Assembly: GCA_964228145.1 (NCBI GenBank)
Contig: CAXQZJ010000071.1
Location: 12,898-76,897, forward strand
DNA: 64,000 bases
Source of the DNA: Alteromonadaceae bacterium
GTDB taxonomy: Bacteria > Pseudomonadota > Gammaproteobacteria > Enterobacterales > Alteromonadaceae
Direction of reading: 5' to 3'
Position numbers and translations under genes: made by a program. Below the pieces are notes generated by a model. The model saw only the letters and a list, made by a program, of their open reading frames with translations, made no database searches and was not told where the DNA came from. Of this stretch, positions 10,798 to 21,516 are shown in pieces (position 1 is the first letter of the stretch; every line of letters starts with the position of its first letter).

Positions 10798-10874
10798 CGG
10801 TGAGTAGCGCAGCTTGGTAGCGCACTTGTTTTGGGTACAAGGGGTCGCAGGTTCAAATCCTGTCTCACCGACCA
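10798..10874 (+). tRNA. tRNA-Pro (TGG)
   Basis: 77-nt cloverleaf; anticodon arm CTTGT-TTTGGGT-ACAAG; T-loop GGTTCAAATCC; encoded CCA. Confidence 0.97.
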
Positions 10875-10898
10875 TTTACTGCTAGCGTGCTGACCATT

Positions 10899-10975
<77 letters not shown>

Positions 10976-10996
10976 GTCGCGCTGTTACACATCTAT

Positions 10997-11073
10997 GGTG
11001 GGCGTAGCTCAGTTGGTAGAGCCCCGGATTGTGATTCCGGTTGTCGTGGGTTCAAGTCCCATCGTCCACCCCA
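10997..11073 (+). tRNA. tRNA-His (GTG), including G-1
   Basis: Anticodon arm CCGGA-TTGTGAT-TCCGG; encoded G-1 and C73 discriminator before CCA. Confidence 0.97.
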
Positions 11074-11078
11074 TATTT

Positions 11079-11121
11079 AAAAAACCAAACCGTTTGAGAT
11101 TTCTCAAGCGGTTTGTTTTTT
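11079..11121 (+). terminator. Terminator-like hairpin inside the tRNA cluster
   Basis: CAAACCGTTTGAGA / TCTCAAGCGGTTTG stem (one G-U pair) followed by T6. Confidence 0.6.
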
Positions 11122-11133
11122 CATCCCCTCCGT

Positions 11134-11210
11134 CGGTGAGTAGCGCAGCTTGGTAGCGCACTTGTTTTGGGTACAAGGGGTCGCAGGTTCAAATCCTGTC
11201 TCACCGACCA
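11134..11210 (+). tRNA. tRNA-Pro (TGG), identical second copy
   Basis: Sequence identical to 10798..10874. Confidence 0.97.
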
Positions 11211-11433
11211 TTTTTCTTTCTTAAAGCCGCGCATTCGCGCTTTTTTTGTGCGTTTTCATCTCGACTCTGTGTAGCAAGGCCGCTATAATGCTGCGTCTTT
11301 TTTTAGGGTGTCGTCCTCAGAAGGTAGAGGCAGGCTGCACGGAATATCAGATCAGTCCATGTCTGTCGCATTTTTCCTGTTTAACCGGATGACCATAACA
11401 AGCGTAATAAAAACGCATAATTGAGGTAACAAA

Positions 11434-12735
11434 ATGCAAGTTTCAGTTGAGACGACTCAGGGTTTAGAACGCCGTCTGACTATCAGCGTAGAAGCCGAGC
11501 AGATCGATGCTGCGGTTAAATCTCGCTTACAACAGTTAGCAAAAACACAACGTATTAACGGTTTCCGTCCTGGCAAAGTGCCAGTCAACGTGATTCAAAA
11601 GCGTTATGGCCAGGCTGTTCGTCAGGAAGTTGCCGGTGATGTCATGCGTAACAGCTTCTACCAGGCTGTGGTTGAACAGAAAATGAACCCTGCAGGCGCG
11701 CCTACATTCGAACTGAAAAACGACAAGCAAGGTGAAGCACTGGAATTTGTTGCATCTTTTGAAGTTTATCCGGAAGTTGAGTTGTCTGGTTTGGACACCA
11801 TCAAAGTTGAAAAGCCTGTGGTTAAGATCATGGCTGACGACGTCAAAAACATGATGGAAACGCTGCGCAAGCAACACGCTACCTGGAAAGAAATGAAGCG
11901 TGCAGCCAAAGAAGACGACAAAGTGACTATCGACTTCGTAGGTAAAATTGACGGTGAAGAGTTCGACGGTGGTAAGGCTGAAGGATTTGAACTGGAACTA
12001 GGCAAAGGCCGTATGATCCCTGGCTTCGAAGACAACATTGTTGGTGCCAAAGCGGGTCAGGAAGTCGTAGCAGAAGTGACCTTCCCAGAAGACTATCATG
12101 CTGAAGCGCTTAAAGGTAAAGCGGCTACGTTTGACATCAAAGTTGTTAAAGTTGAAGCGCAACAGTTACCTAAGCTGGACGATGAGTTCGCTGAGAAATT
12201 CGGTGTTGCTGAAGGCGGCATTAAAGCGCTCAAAGACGAAGTGCGTAAGAATATGGACCGTGAACTGAGCCAAACCCTTAAGGGTATGGTGAAAGAGCAG
12301 GTGCTCAAAGGCTTGGCTGACGCAAACAGCGTAGATGTACCAAAGGCTTTGGTAGAGCAAGAAATCGAAGTTCTGCGTAAGCAGGCATTGCAGCGTTTTG
12401 GCGGTCAAATGGGTGATCAAACTCCGGATTTGCCAAATGAGTTATTCGAAGAGAATGCTAAGCGCCGCGTAACTATCGGTCTGTTGCTCGGTGAAGTGAT
12501 TGCAAAGAATGAGTTAAAAGTTGATGATGCTCGCGTAAATGCCTTGATCGAAACCGCGGCATCAGCGTATGAAGATCCTCAGGAAGTAATCAGCTACTAC
12601 AACAGCAACAAAGAGTTGATGGACCAGATGCGCAATGTTGCCCTTGAAGAGCAGGCAATCGACCTTATCTTAGAAAAGGCTCAGGTAACGGAAGTTGAAA
12701 AGCCTTTTGACGAGATCATGAACAAACAAGCGTAA
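11434..12735 (+). CDS. tig: Trigger factor
   Basis: [15 protein letters not shown], ribosome-binding [12 protein letters not shown] domain MIPGFED. Confidence 0.99.
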   Translation: MQVSVETTQGLERRLTISVEAEQIDAAVKSRLQQLAKTQRINGFRPGKVPVNVIQKRYGQAVRQEVAGDVMRNSFYQAVVEQKMNPAGAPTFELKNDKQGEALEFVASFEVYPEVELSGLDTIKVEKPVVKIMADDVKNMMETLRKQHATWKEMKRAAKEDDKVTIDFVGKIDGEEFDGGKAEGFELELGKGRMIPGFEDNIVGAKAGQEVVAEVTFPEDYHAEALKGKAATFDIKVVKVEAQQLPKLDDEFAEKFGVAEGGIKALKDEVRKNMDRELSQTLKGMVKEQVLKGLADANSVDVPKALVEQEIEVLRKQALQRFGGQMGDQTPDLPNELFEENAKRRVTIGLLLGEVIAKNELKVDDARVNALIETAASAYEDPQEVISYYNSNKELMDQMRNVALEEQAIDLILEKAQVTEVEKPFDEIMNKQA

Positions 12736-12776
12736 TCCTGCGTTTGCCGATTGACTTCAAAGGTCAGCAACTGATT

Positions 12777-12806
12777 AAATGCCTGGTGTAGTACCGGGCA
12801 TTTTTT
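12777..12806 (+). terminator. Intrinsic terminator after tig
   Basis: AAATGCCTGGT-GTAGT-ACCGGGCATTTTTT. Confidence 0.75.
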
Positions 12807-12828
12807 ATTTCAGGAATCGAAAAATCCT

Positions 12829-13449
12829 ATGATGAATCACAAAAATTTTGATGTGCAGGACGCATTAGTACCTATGGTCGTGGAGCAAACTTCGAAAGGA
12901 GAGCGTTCTTACGACATCTATTCTCGCTTACTTAAAGAGCGCGTCATTTTCATGGTTGGCCCGGTTGAAGACCATATGGCGAACTTAATCGTGGCACAAA
13001 TGCTGTTTCTGGAGTCTGAAAATCCAGATCAAGATATCTTTTTATACATTAATTCACCGGGTGGTTCCGTCACCGCCGGCATGTCGATTTATGACACCAT
13101 GAATTTCATCAAGCCTGATGTTTCAACCGTATGCGTTGGGCAGGCCGCGAGTATGGGTGCCTTTCTGTTGTCAGGGGGCGCAAAGGGTAAGCGGTTCTGT
13201 TTGCCGAATGCGCGCGTAATGATTCATCAACCTCTGGGAGGCTTCCAGGGCCAGGCCTCGGATTTTGAAATCCATGCCAAAGAAATCCTGTCCATTAAAG
13301 AGAAGCTCAATCGCCTGATGGCTGAGCATACCGGACAAGATTACGATAAAGTCGCCCATGACACCGACCGCGATAACTTTATGAGTGCGGCAGATGCGGT
13401 GGAATATGGATTAGTGGACAAGGTGTTAACCAGTCGTCTGGACAAATAA
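12829..13449 (+). CDS. clpP: ATP-dependent Clp protease proteolytic subunit
   Basis: [16 protein letters not shown] (Ser), MIHQP (His), DRDNFM (Asp). Confidence 0.99.
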   Translation: MMNHKNFDVQDALVPMVVEQTSKGERSYDIYSRLLKERVIFMVGPVEDHMANLIVAQMLFLESENPDQDIFLYINSPGGSVTAGMSIYDTMNFIKPDVSTVCVGQAASMGAFLLSGGAKGKRFCLPNARVMIHQPLGGFQGQASDFEIHAKEILSIKEKLNRLMAEHTGQDYDKVAHDTDRDNFMSAADAVEYGLVDKVLTSRLDK

Positions 13450-13530
13450 AAGTTGCATGGCTGTAAAGTTATGCTTATCTAATAAGTAAGAGTTTACAGC
13501 TTACGTGCAGATACACTGAGGTAGTGTTTA

Positions 13531-14802
13531 ATGAGTGATGACCACGATAAAAATGACAGCAAGCTGTTGTACTGTTCATTTTGTGGCAAAAGCCAGCATG
13601 AAGTTCGCAAATTAATTGCCGGTCCATCGGTATTTATTTGTGACGAATGTGTCGATTTGTGTAACGACATTATTCAGGAAGAAATTTCCGACAAAGTGCC
13701 TAAGAAAGAAGGCGCATCCTTGCCTAAACCTGCGGAGATACATAGTCATCTGGACGATTATGTTATCGGCCAGGAGCATGCCAAGAAAGTGTTGGCGGTG
13801 GCAGTGTACAACCATTATAAGCGGTTACGGAATGGGGATGTGCATGACGGTGTTGAACTGGGAAAAAGTAACATATTGCTGATCGGTCCAACCGGCAGTG
13901 GTAAGACCCTTTTGGCTGAAACACTGGCGCGCCTACTTGATGTCCCCTTTACCATGGCTGACGCAACAACGCTAACAGAAGCCGGATATGTGGGTGAAGA
14001 TGTCGAAAATATCATCCAGAAGCTGCTGCAAAAATGTGACTACGATGTGGAAAAAGCACAACGTGGCATAGTGTACATTGATGAAATTGATAAAATCTCA
14101 CGCAAATCGGACAACCCATCAATTACCCGTGACGTATCGGGTGAAGGTGTTCAGCAAGCGTTGCTGAAATTGATTGAAGGCACCGTTGCTTCAGTGCCGC
14201 CACAAGGTGGCCGAAAGCATCCGCAGCAAGAATTTCTGCAAGTAGACACGAGCAAAATTTTGTTTATTTGCGGTGGGGCGTTTGCCGGGCTGGATAAGGT
14301 GATTGAACAGCGTGCGGTAACCGGAACCGGGATTGGTTTTGGTGCTGAAGTTAAGAGCAAGAGTGATAAGGCGACGTTATCGCACTTATTCCAGCAGGTT
14401 GAACCTGAGGACTTAGTCAAATACGGGTTGATTCCTGAGTTTATCGGCCGCCTACCTGTGGTAGCTACTCTTGAAGAATTGAATGAAGAGGCCTTGATTC
14501 AGATTCTTCGTGAGCCGAAAAACGCCATTACCAAGCAATATGCCGCACTGTTCTCAATGGAAGATGTTGAACTGGAGTTCCGAGAAGATGCACTACTGGC
14601 TATTGCTGCTAAAGCGATGGCACGCAAGACAGGCGCTCGGGGATTACGTTCCATCGTCGAAGCTGTGTTGCTGGATACCATGTATGATTTGCCGTCATTA
14701 CAAGATGTCTGCAAAGTGGTAATCGATGAAACAGTGATAAAGGGTGAGTCAAAGCCTATTCTGATTTATGAAAATCAGGATAAAAAAGCCGCTTCGGAAT
14801 AA
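13531..14802 (+). CDS. clpX: Clp protease ATP-binding subunit ClpX
   Basis: Zn finger CSFC...[16 protein letters not shown] pore loop, IGF loop. Confidence 0.99.
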   Translation: MSDDHDKNDSKLLYCSFCGKSQHEVRKLIAGPSVFICDECVDLCNDIIQEEISDKVPKKEGASLPKPAEIHSHLDDYVIGQEHAKKVLAVAVYNHYKRLRNGDVHDGVELGKSNILLIGPTGSGKTLLAETLARLLDVPFTMADATTLTEAGYVGEDVENIIQKLLQKCDYDVEKAQRGIVYIDEIDKISRKSDNPSITRDVSGEGVQQALLKLIEGTVASVPPQGGRKHPQQEFLQVDTSKILFICGGAFAGLDKVIEQRAVTGTGIGFGAEVKSKSDKATLSHLFQQVEPEDLVKYGLIPEFIGRLPVVATLEELNEEALIQILREPKNAITKQYAALFSMEDVELEFREDALLAIAAKAMARKTGARGLRSIVEAVLLDTMYDLPSLQDVCKVVIDETVIKGESKPILIYENQDKKAASE

Positions 14803-14814
14803 ACTGACAATGAG

Positions 14815-14842
14815 AAAAAAGGGCCTGACCAGGCCCTTTTTT
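14815..14842 (+). terminator. Intrinsic terminator after clpX
   Basis: A6-GGGCCT-GACC-AGGCCC-T6. Confidence 0.8.
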
Positions 14843-14894
14843 GATCCTGATGCTGTTGTAAGCAGGACAAATTAGCATTTACTTGTCAGGTTAA

Positions 14895-14921
14895 TTGATC
14901 TTTTCATCTTTAACCCCATAT
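14895..14921 (+). promoter_or_regulatory. Probable sigma32 (RpoH) promoter of lon
   Basis: TTGATC-13 bp-CCCCATAT resembles the RpoH consensus TTGAAA-N13/14-CCCCATNT; lon is a classic RpoH target. Confidence 0.7.
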
Positions 14922-14971
14922 GATGAGAAAGTCTGACGCAAAGTCATCTAACAGTTTTTAAGAGAGAAAGC

Positions 14972-17320
14972 ATGAGCGAAAGCCAAGTCGACACTATCGA
15001 CATGCCGGTACTGGCACTGCGGGATGTGGTTGTTTATCCCCACATGGTGATTCCTTTATTTGTTGGTCGTGAGAAGTCAATTCGATGCCTTGAAGCGGCA
15101 ATGGACAATGACAAGCAAATTTTTTTAGTAGCGCAAAAGGATGCTGCGGTTGATGAACCCGAGGCCGATGACCTGTATCCGATTGGTACTGTTGCGACGA
15201 TTTTACAATTGCTCAAGCTACCTGATGGAACGGTAAAAGTTCTGGTTGAAGGGAATAAGCGTGGTGCGATGGCGGAATTTCGCAATAGCGAAGAGTATTT
15301 CTCTGCAACAATCAATGTTATGTCAGAAGCTGATGTTGCTGAAGAAGAGCAAGAGGTGCTAATTCGTTCCGCGATTTCGCAATTCGAAGGCTACGTTAAG
15401 CTCAACAAAAAAATTCCGCCGGAGGTGCTGACCTCACTCAACGGTATTGACGACGTCGCTCGTTTGGCTGACACCATGGCTGCCCATATGCCCCTGAAGT
15501 TGGCTGAAAAACAACGGGTATTGGAAATGCCTGACGTGAACGAGCGTATCGAATACCTGATGGCACTGATGGAAGGTGAAATCGATGTGCTACAGGTAGA
15601 AAAGCGCATTCGTTCACGGGTAAAGAAGCAGATGGAGCGCAGTCAGCGCGAGTATTATCTGAATGAACAAATGAAAGCCATTCAGAAAGAGCTCGGAGAG
15701 CTGGATGACGCCCCCGATGAATTTGAGGCCTTGGCGAAAAAGATTGAAGACGCCAAGATGACCGCAGATGCCAAACAAAAAGCCACTACCGAGCTACAGA
15801 AGTTGAAAATGATGTCACCAATGTCGGCAGAAGCGACGGTGGTGCGTAGTTATATCGATTGGCTGGTGAATGTGCCTTGGTTTAAGCGCAGCAAAGTTAA
15901 AAAAGACTTGGCGATTGCTGAAGATGTGTTGAACGCAGACCATCATGGTTTGGAAAAGGTCAAAGAGCGTATTCTGGAATATCTGGCTGTCCAACAGCGG
16001 GTTAAAAAGCTTAAAGGACCTATTTTGTGCCTGGTTGGTCCCCCAGGTGTGGGGAAAACCTCATTAGGGCAATCTATCGCTAAGGCCACCGGACGCAAAT
16101 ATGTTCGCATGGCGCTTGGTGGCGTGCGGGATGAGGCCGAAATTCGTGGCCATCGCCGTACTTACATTGGCTCTATGCCTGGTAAACTGATTCAGAAGAT
16201 GGCCAAGGTTGAAGTCAAGAATCCGCTTTTCCTACTCGATGAAATCGACAAGATGTCATCGGATATGCGCGGCGATCCATCATCAGCGTTATTGGAAGTA
16301 CTAGATCCAGAACAGAACAGTACCTTCAGTGACCACTATCTAGAAGTGGATTACGACCTCTCCGATGTCATGTTTGTCGCAACCTCTAATAGTATGGACA
16401 TTCCGGGTCCTTTGTTAGATCGCATGGAAGTCATTCGTTTATCCGGTTATACCGAAGATGAAAAACTCAATATCGCCACTGAGCATTTGATCACCAAGCA
16501 GATGGAACGCAATGGCTTGAAGCAGTCTGAACTGAAAATCGAAGAGTCTGCGATTATCGGTATGATTCGTTACTATACCCGCGAAGCGGGAGTTCGGGGC
16601 TTGGAGCGTGAAATCAGTAAAGTATGTCGTAAAGCAGTGAAGAAAATCCTGTTGAACAAGTCGGTAAAACAAGTCACCGTAAATCAGGATAACCTTTCTG
16701 AGTTTTTGGGTGTGCAACGTTTCGACTACGGCAAAGCAGACAAAAATAACCAAATTGGGCAGGTTACAGGTTTAGCTTGGACTCAGGTGGGGGGGGATCT
16801 ACTCACCATCGAAACCACTTCAGTACCGGGTAAAGGCAAAACTACCTTCACCGGCTCTTTGGGTGATGTCATGCAGGAGTCAATCAAAACAGCCATGACG
16901 GTGGTTCGGAGTCGCGCGGATATGCTGCGGATTAATCCGGATTTTTACGAGAAGCGCGATATCCACGTGCATGTTCCTGAGGGTGCAACGCCCAAAGATG
17001 GCCCCAGTGCCGGTATTGCAATGTGTACGGCATTGGTCTCTAGTTTGACAGGTAACCCAGTACGGTGTGATGTGGCAATGACCGGAGAAATCACCTTACG
17101 GGGCGAAGTATTGCAGATCGGTGGTTTAAAAGAAAAGCTACTTGCTGCGCACCGCGGAGGCATTACCACTGTCGTTATTCCTAAAGAAAACGAGCGTGAT
17201 TTGGAAGAAATTCCGGACAATGTGAAGCAAGACCTTACTATCCATGCGGTACAATGGATTGACGATGTTCTTGCTGTAGCGTTGGAAAATGACCCGCGCG
17301 GATTCACTCCAGTAGGATAA
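14972..17320 (+). CDS. lon: Lon protease
   Basis: LRDVVVYP, GPPGVGKTS, PKDGPSAG catalytic Ser, GGLKEK. Confidence 0.99.
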   Translation: MSESQVDTIDMPVLALRDVVVYPHMVIPLFVGREKSIRCLEAAMDNDKQIFLVAQKDAAVDEPEADDLYPIGTVATILQLLKLPDGTVKVLVEGNKRGAMAEFRNSEEYFSATINVMSEADVAEEEQEVLIRSAISQFEGYVKLNKKIPPEVLTSLNGIDDVARLADTMAAHMPLKLAEKQRVLEMPDVNERIEYLMALMEGEIDVLQVEKRIRSRVKKQMERSQREYYLNEQMKAIQKELGELDDAPDEFEALAKKIEDAKMTADAKQKATTELQKLKMMSPMSAEATVVRSYIDWLVNVPWFKRSKVKKDLAIAEDVLNADHHGLEKVKERILEYLAVQQRVKKLKGPILCLVGPPGVGKTSLGQSIAKATGRKYVRMALGGVRDEAEIRGHRRTYIGSMPGKLIQKMAKVEVKNPLFLLDEIDKMSSDMRGDPSSALLEVLDPEQNSTFSDHYLEVDYDLSDVMFVATSNSMDIPGPLLDRMEVIRLSGYTEDEKLNIATEHLITKQMERNGLKQSELKIEESAIIGMIRYYTREAGVRGLEREISKVCRKAVKKILLNKSVKQVTVNQDNLSEFLGVQRFDYGKADKNNQIGQVTGLAWTQVGGDLLTIETTSVPGKGKTTFTGSLGDVMQESIKTAMTVVRSRADMLRINPDFYEKRDIHVHVPEGATPKDGPSAGIAMCTALVSSLTGNPVRCDVAMTGEITLRGEVLQIGGLKEKLLAAHRGGITTVVIPKENERDLEEIPDNVKQDLTIHAVQWIDDVLAVALENDPRGFTPVG

Positions 17321-17329
17321 AAACTTGCG

Positions 17330-17357
17330 AAAAAGGGCCAAAAAGGCCCTTTTTTTT
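17330..17357 (+). terminator. Intrinsic terminator after lon
   Basis: AAAAAGGGCC-AAAAA-GGCCCTTTTTTTT. Confidence 0.8.
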
Positions 17358-17566
17358 ACATTTTTTTCATTTTTAGGGCTTTACCCAGATAAAAGTTGTG
17401 GTAGCCTAGGATTCAGTTTCGCCACAGGCCTTGTCGCAAAAGGGATAGCGGCGATTCAAACTGAATAACAAGGGTTGCTAGGGTGTAAAGTTGCACCTCG
17501 ACCTGTTAACCAAAAATTGGTCAAATGGACCAAAGCAATATAATAACAATTGAAGGGGATGATATT

Positions 17567-17839
17567 GTGAACAAGTCTCAATTAATCGACAAAATCGCTG
17601 CTGGTGCTGACATTTCTAAAGCGTCTGCTGGTCGTGCACTGGATGCCATGACTGACGCAATCACTGAAGCGCTTAAAGCAGGCGAGCAAGTTGCTCTGGT
17701 AGGTTTCGGTACGTTCAGCGTACGTGAGCGTGCTGCACGTAGTGGCCGTAACCCTCAAACTGGTGCGACTATCGAGATCGCAGCAGCTAAAGTACCTTCT
17801 TTTAAAGCAGGTAAAGCGCTGAAAGACGCTTGTAACTAA
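17567..17839 (+). CDS. hupB: DNA-binding protein HU-beta
   Basis: GTG start at 17567 ([11 protein letters not shown]) after GAAGGGG RBS; GFGTF, GRNPQTG; lon-hupB-ppiD synteny. Confidence 0.96.
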   Translation: MNKSQLIDKIAAGADISKASAGRALDAMTDAITEALKAGEQVALVGFGTFSVRERAARSGRNPQTGATIEIAAAKVPSFKAGKALKDACN

Positions 17840-17855
17840 GTCGATTTAAGACATG

Positions 17856-17886
17856 AAAAAAGGCGATGCTTAGTCATCGCCTTTTT
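17856..17886 (+). terminator. Intrinsic terminator after hupB
   Basis: AAAAAAGGCGATG-CTTAGT-CATCGCCTTTTT. Confidence 0.8.
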
Positions 17887-18032
17887 GTTTGCAAAAACGC
17901 AGTTGCCGTTAAGCAAATTCTGTTGGGCCTGATTCTCACCACGTTTAATAAAAAACACCATTCACGTTGGCATTCTGGGTTATAATCCCGACAGTTTTAC
18001 CCCTATTGGTTTGATCTGGAGTTTGAAACCAC

Positions 18033-19877
18033 ATGTTAGAAAAAATTCGCGAAGAATCGCAAGGCTTTTGGGCCAAAGTGATCCTTGGATTGGTCATCAT
18101 TACTTTCGCACTGGCCGGTGTCGGTAGTTACTTGAATGAACAGGGTGATCAGCCAGCTGCAGAGGTGAATGGAGAGCAGATTAGCAGCGCACAGTTAGAA
18201 GCTCGTTACCAACAACTTTTAGAAGCTTACGGTGAAGGTATTACCCGTGCGCAGGTTTTAGAGCAAATGATTTCTGAATTACTGCTTGACCAGGCTGCGG
18301 CTGAAATGGGTCTGCGCATCGGTGAGCAGCAAATTAATCAGCGTATCGTTGCGACTGAAGAGTTCCAGATCGATGGTCAGTTCGATAATCAACGCTACAA
18401 TGACATGTTACGCCTTAATGGCCGCACACCTGCTGAATACAAGAGTGCATTACGCGTTGAAATGACACGCCAGCAATTGATTGAAGCGATTACCGGCAGT
18501 GAATTTGCACTGGAAAGTGAAGTTCAACAGTTACTTATGTTGCAACAGCAAGTGCGCGATTTACGGGTGGCAACAGTTAGCGCAGCCAATTTCGCGGACC
18601 AAGTTGAAATCACTGAGCAAGATATTGAGTCATATTACCAAGCGAACTTGGCTAACTATGATACCCAAGAGAAAGTCAGCGTAAATTATATTCAATTTGG
18701 TTTACAGGACTTGGTTGAGGGCATTGACGTTTCTGACGCCGAGGTAGAAGAATATTTTGCTGCTAATCAACAGCGTTATATCAGCGAACCGACTCGCACA
18801 GTGGCGCATATCATGGTCGAGTTCAAAGATGATAAAGCGGCGGCGCAGGCTGAGATCGAGTCGATTAAAGCTGAGCTGGATGGCGGTGCAGATTTCGCAG
18901 CGCTTGCTGCTTCTCGCTCTGAAGACTCCTTTAGTAAAGATGAGGGCGGTGCTCTGCCGGAATTCGGCAAAGGCGATCAAGAGCCTGCGTTTGAACAGGC
19001 TGCATTTGAGTTGACCGAAGTCGGTCAGGTATCAGACATTGTTGAGACTGAGTTTGGCTTTCATCTTATTAAACTGTTAGACGCGCAATTAGAGCAAGCA
19101 GCGCAATTAGCTGATGTACGCGATGCAATTGAGTCAGAAATTAAGCGTGAGAAAGCAATAAACGAACTGTTCGAAGTTAAAGAACAAGTCGCGCAGCTAG
19201 CGTTTGAAATGCCAGACCACTTAGATGAGGTGGCCGCATTATTAGATAAAGAAGTATCAACCTCAGATGCCTTCAACCGTCAGCAAGCGCCAGCGCCATT
19301 TTCCGCTAATGCTGTACAGCAAGTCTTGTTCAGCCCTGAGTTAATCGAAGATCGGGTAAACAGCGATGTTCTCGAAGTGGCAGAAAACCAATATTTGGTT
19401 ATGCGTATAGCGGAGTATGAGCCGGTCCGCACCAAAACTCTTGATGAGGTGGCAGAAGGTATTCGTGAGCAGCTACAGGTAGAAAAAGCGCAAGCATTAG
19501 CCTCTGAATGGGCAAGTCAGGTTGTGACGGCGCTGGAATCTGAGCAAGACGTCGATACCCTGTTGGCAGAGCAGGGTGTTGAGTGGCAAAACGTTGAGAG
19601 TGCCGGTCGTTTTGGTGGTGAACTGGATGGTCAGGTTTCACAGCAAGCGTTTAAACTAGGTACAGAGACAGGCTCCAACGCCGCCGTGGTTGAGAAATTT
19701 AACGGTGATGTGGCTATCGTTCAGGTACTGGCTGTGAAACAAGGCGAACAAGCGCCGGCTGAGTCGGTGGCCCTGATGCAACGTCAGTTACAAAACGCCA
19801 ATGCGCAGCAAACGTTAGTCAATTATATTGCTGCTTTACGTGCACAAGCCGATATTGAGCGTTACTCAACGTTATAA
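18033..19877 (+). CDS. ppiD: Periplasmic folding chaperone PpiD
   Basis: MLEKIRE plus TM anchor, SurA-like N domain, parvulin domain (AHIMV, VETEFGFHLI); follows hupB. Confidence 0.92.
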   Translation: MLEKIREESQGFWAKVILGLVIITFALAGVGSYLNEQGDQPAAEVNGEQISSAQLEARYQQLLEAYGEGITRAQVLEQMISELLLDQAAAEMGLRIGEQQINQRIVATEEFQIDGQFDNQRYNDMLRLNGRTPAEYKSALRVEMTRQQLIEAITGSEFALESEVQQLLMLQQQVRDLRVATVSAANFADQVEITEQDIESYYQANLANYDTQEKVSVNYIQFGLQDLVEGIDVSDAEVEEYFAANQQRYISEPTRTVAHIMVEFKDDKAAAQAEIESIKAELDGGADFAALAASRSEDSFSKDEGGALPEFGKGDQEPAFEQAAFELTEVGQVSDIVETEFGFHLIKLLDAQLEQAAQLADVRDAIESEIKREKAINELFEVKEQVAQLAFEMPDHLDEVAALLDKEVSTSDAFNRQQAPAPFSANAVQQVLFSPELIEDRVNSDVLEVAENQYLVMRIAEYEPVRTKTLDEVAEGIREQLQVEKAQALASEWASQVVTALESEQDVDTLLAEQGVEWQNVESAGRFGGELDGQVSQQAFKLGTETGSNAAVVEKFNGDVAIVQVLAVKQGEQAPAESVALMQRQLQNANAQQTLVNYIAALRAQADIERYSTL

Positions 19878-19891
19878 GTTTGGTAGTGACG

Positions 19892-19919
19892 AAAAAAGCC
19901 GCTTAGAGCGGCTTTTTTT
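19892..19919 (+). terminator. Intrinsic terminator after ppiD
   Basis: A6-GCCGCT-TAG-AGCGGC-T7. Confidence 0.8.
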
Positions 19920-20011
19920 ATGCTTGCTGGTTTCTAACATGTTGTTTTTAAGGTTGAAACTCATTAACGGCAATGTCATTGTGTTGGTCAAAAATGTCTT
20001 AAGGAATTTGT

Positions 20012-20731
20012 ATGGACTTTTCGCAAACAATGGCTTCGCGACGCAGTATTCGTTCATTTCAACAAAAGGACGTTGATGACGCCGTGCTCAACGCGCTCCT
20101 GAATGAAGCGTTAGAGTCGCCTTCCAGCTCCAATAGCCAACCTTATAAAATTGCCATAGCGCAAGGCGAGAAAGCGCGGGTGTTAGGTCAGGCGCTACTG
20201 GCGAAATATCAGCAGGCCAATATGCTCAGTAAACAATCCCTGTGGCATAAATTAATTGCAGCAATAAAAGGCGGGGTGTTGCCTGACGGCGACTTTAAAA
20301 CAATCCTTGGCAAATATCCGGGCGAATTTCAGCAACGACGAGTGGATACCGGAAAAGGCTTGTATAAGGTGCTGGGTATCGAGCGTCATGATAAAAAGGC
20401 CCGTGACGAGCAAATGGCAAAGAACTTCTATTTTTATGATGCGCCAGTAGCGATGTTCTTTTTTATTCATCCAGGCATGACACATACCGCATTGGTAGAC
20501 TTAGGTATTTTTATGCAGTCTTTGATGTTAGGTGCAACTGCCAGGGGGCTGGGAACTTGTGCTGAGGGTGCGCTGGGCATGTGGCGATCCCCGCTGGAGC
20601 AACACTTTGATATCCCCTCAGAGTACAAACTGGTGTGTGGGCTGGCGTTAGGCTATCCCGATAATCATCCTGTCAATCAATTCAGACCTGAAAAAATGTC
20701 ACTGGATTCACTACTTATAAACCAGAAATAA
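20012..20731 (+). CDS. Nitroreductase family protein
   Basis: RRSIRSF, SPSSSNSQP, FMQSLMLGATARGLGTC, LALGYP. Confidence 0.9.
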   Translation: MDFSQTMASRRSIRSFQQKDVDDAVLNALLNEALESPSSSNSQPYKIAIAQGEKARVLGQALLAKYQQANMLSKQSLWHKLIAAIKGGVLPDGDFKTILGKYPGEFQQRRVDTGKGLYKVLGIERHDKKARDEQMAKNFYFYDAPVAMFFFIHPGMTHTALVDLGIFMQSLMLGATARGLGTCAEGALGMWRSPLEQHFDIPSEYKLVCGLALGYPDNHPVNQFRPEKMSLDSLLINQK

Positions 20732-20736
20732 GTGTG

Positions 20737-21516
20737 TCACTTCTTGGTCAGGGATTGATAGGCAGAAACAATTTTTTTGCTGTAATCAGTCTTTGGCCAG
20801 GTGAATATATCGTTGGTTTTGCCGCTTTCGATCACCTCTCCCTGGCGCATAACTAATACGCGGTCACTAATATGGCGTACAATACCAATATTATGACTGA
20901 TAAAGATAAAGCCCAAGCCAAGTTCGTCCTGTAACTTTAACAGCAGGTTGATGGTTTGTGAGCGCACTGACGGATCCAGTGCGGCAAAGGGTTCGTCTGC
21001 GACGATTACCTGAGGATTGAGTATCAATGCCCTAGCCAATGCGGCACGCTGTCTCTGACCTTCAGAGAGCATATGGCGATAATAGTGAAAATGTTCTGGC
21101 AGCAGTCCGACTTGGGTTAAGGTTTGGATGATCTTTTCCCGTCGCTCGGCTGCGGACAACGGCGTATTAAGTTTTAAAGGTTCATCTAGCAAGGTGCCCA
21201 AAGGAATACCCGGGTTCAGGGAGCCCTGACTCTGTTGAAAGATCATTCTGACTTTTAAACAGCGTTCTTGCAGGTTGTCTGGAGCAAGCTGTTCACCATT
21301 AAGATAAATCGCTCCGCCATTTGGGGTTTCAGCACCCACCAATAATTTAGCCAAGGCTGATTTTCCAGAGCCGTTTTCACCCACTATCGCCATGGTTTCA
21401 CCGTGCTGCAGTGAAAAGTTAACCGGCATCAGATTAAACACGCGAGGGGTACTGAACCAGCCTGTTTTAGATACTTTCTTCCAGCTTAAATTTTCGACGG
21501 ATAACAAGGGGGTCAT
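20737..21516 (-). CDS. sapF: Peptide ABC transporter ATPase SapF
   Basis: GENGSGKS, LSEGQRQR, VADEP; last gene of the sap operon; ATG overlaps the sapD stop. Confidence 0.85.
   Translation of the reverse strand: MTPLLSVENLSWKKVSKTGWFSTPRVFNLMPVNFSLQHGETMAIVGENGSGKSALAKLLVGAETPNGGAIYLNGEQLAPDNLQERCLKVRMIFQQSQGSLNPGIPLGTLLDEPLKLNTPLSAAERREKIIQTLTQVGLLPEHFHYYRHMLSEGQRQRAALARALILNPQVIVADEPFAALDPSVRSQTINLLLKLQDELGLGFIFISHNIGIVRHISDRVLVMRQGEVIESGKTNDIFTWPKTDYSKKIVSAYQSLTKK

Noticed and set aside
13460-13500. TGTAAA...TTTACA inverted repeat between clpP and clpX as a TyrR box
   Set aside because: The spacer is far longer than 6 bp; it is better explained as an intergenic mRNA hairpin.
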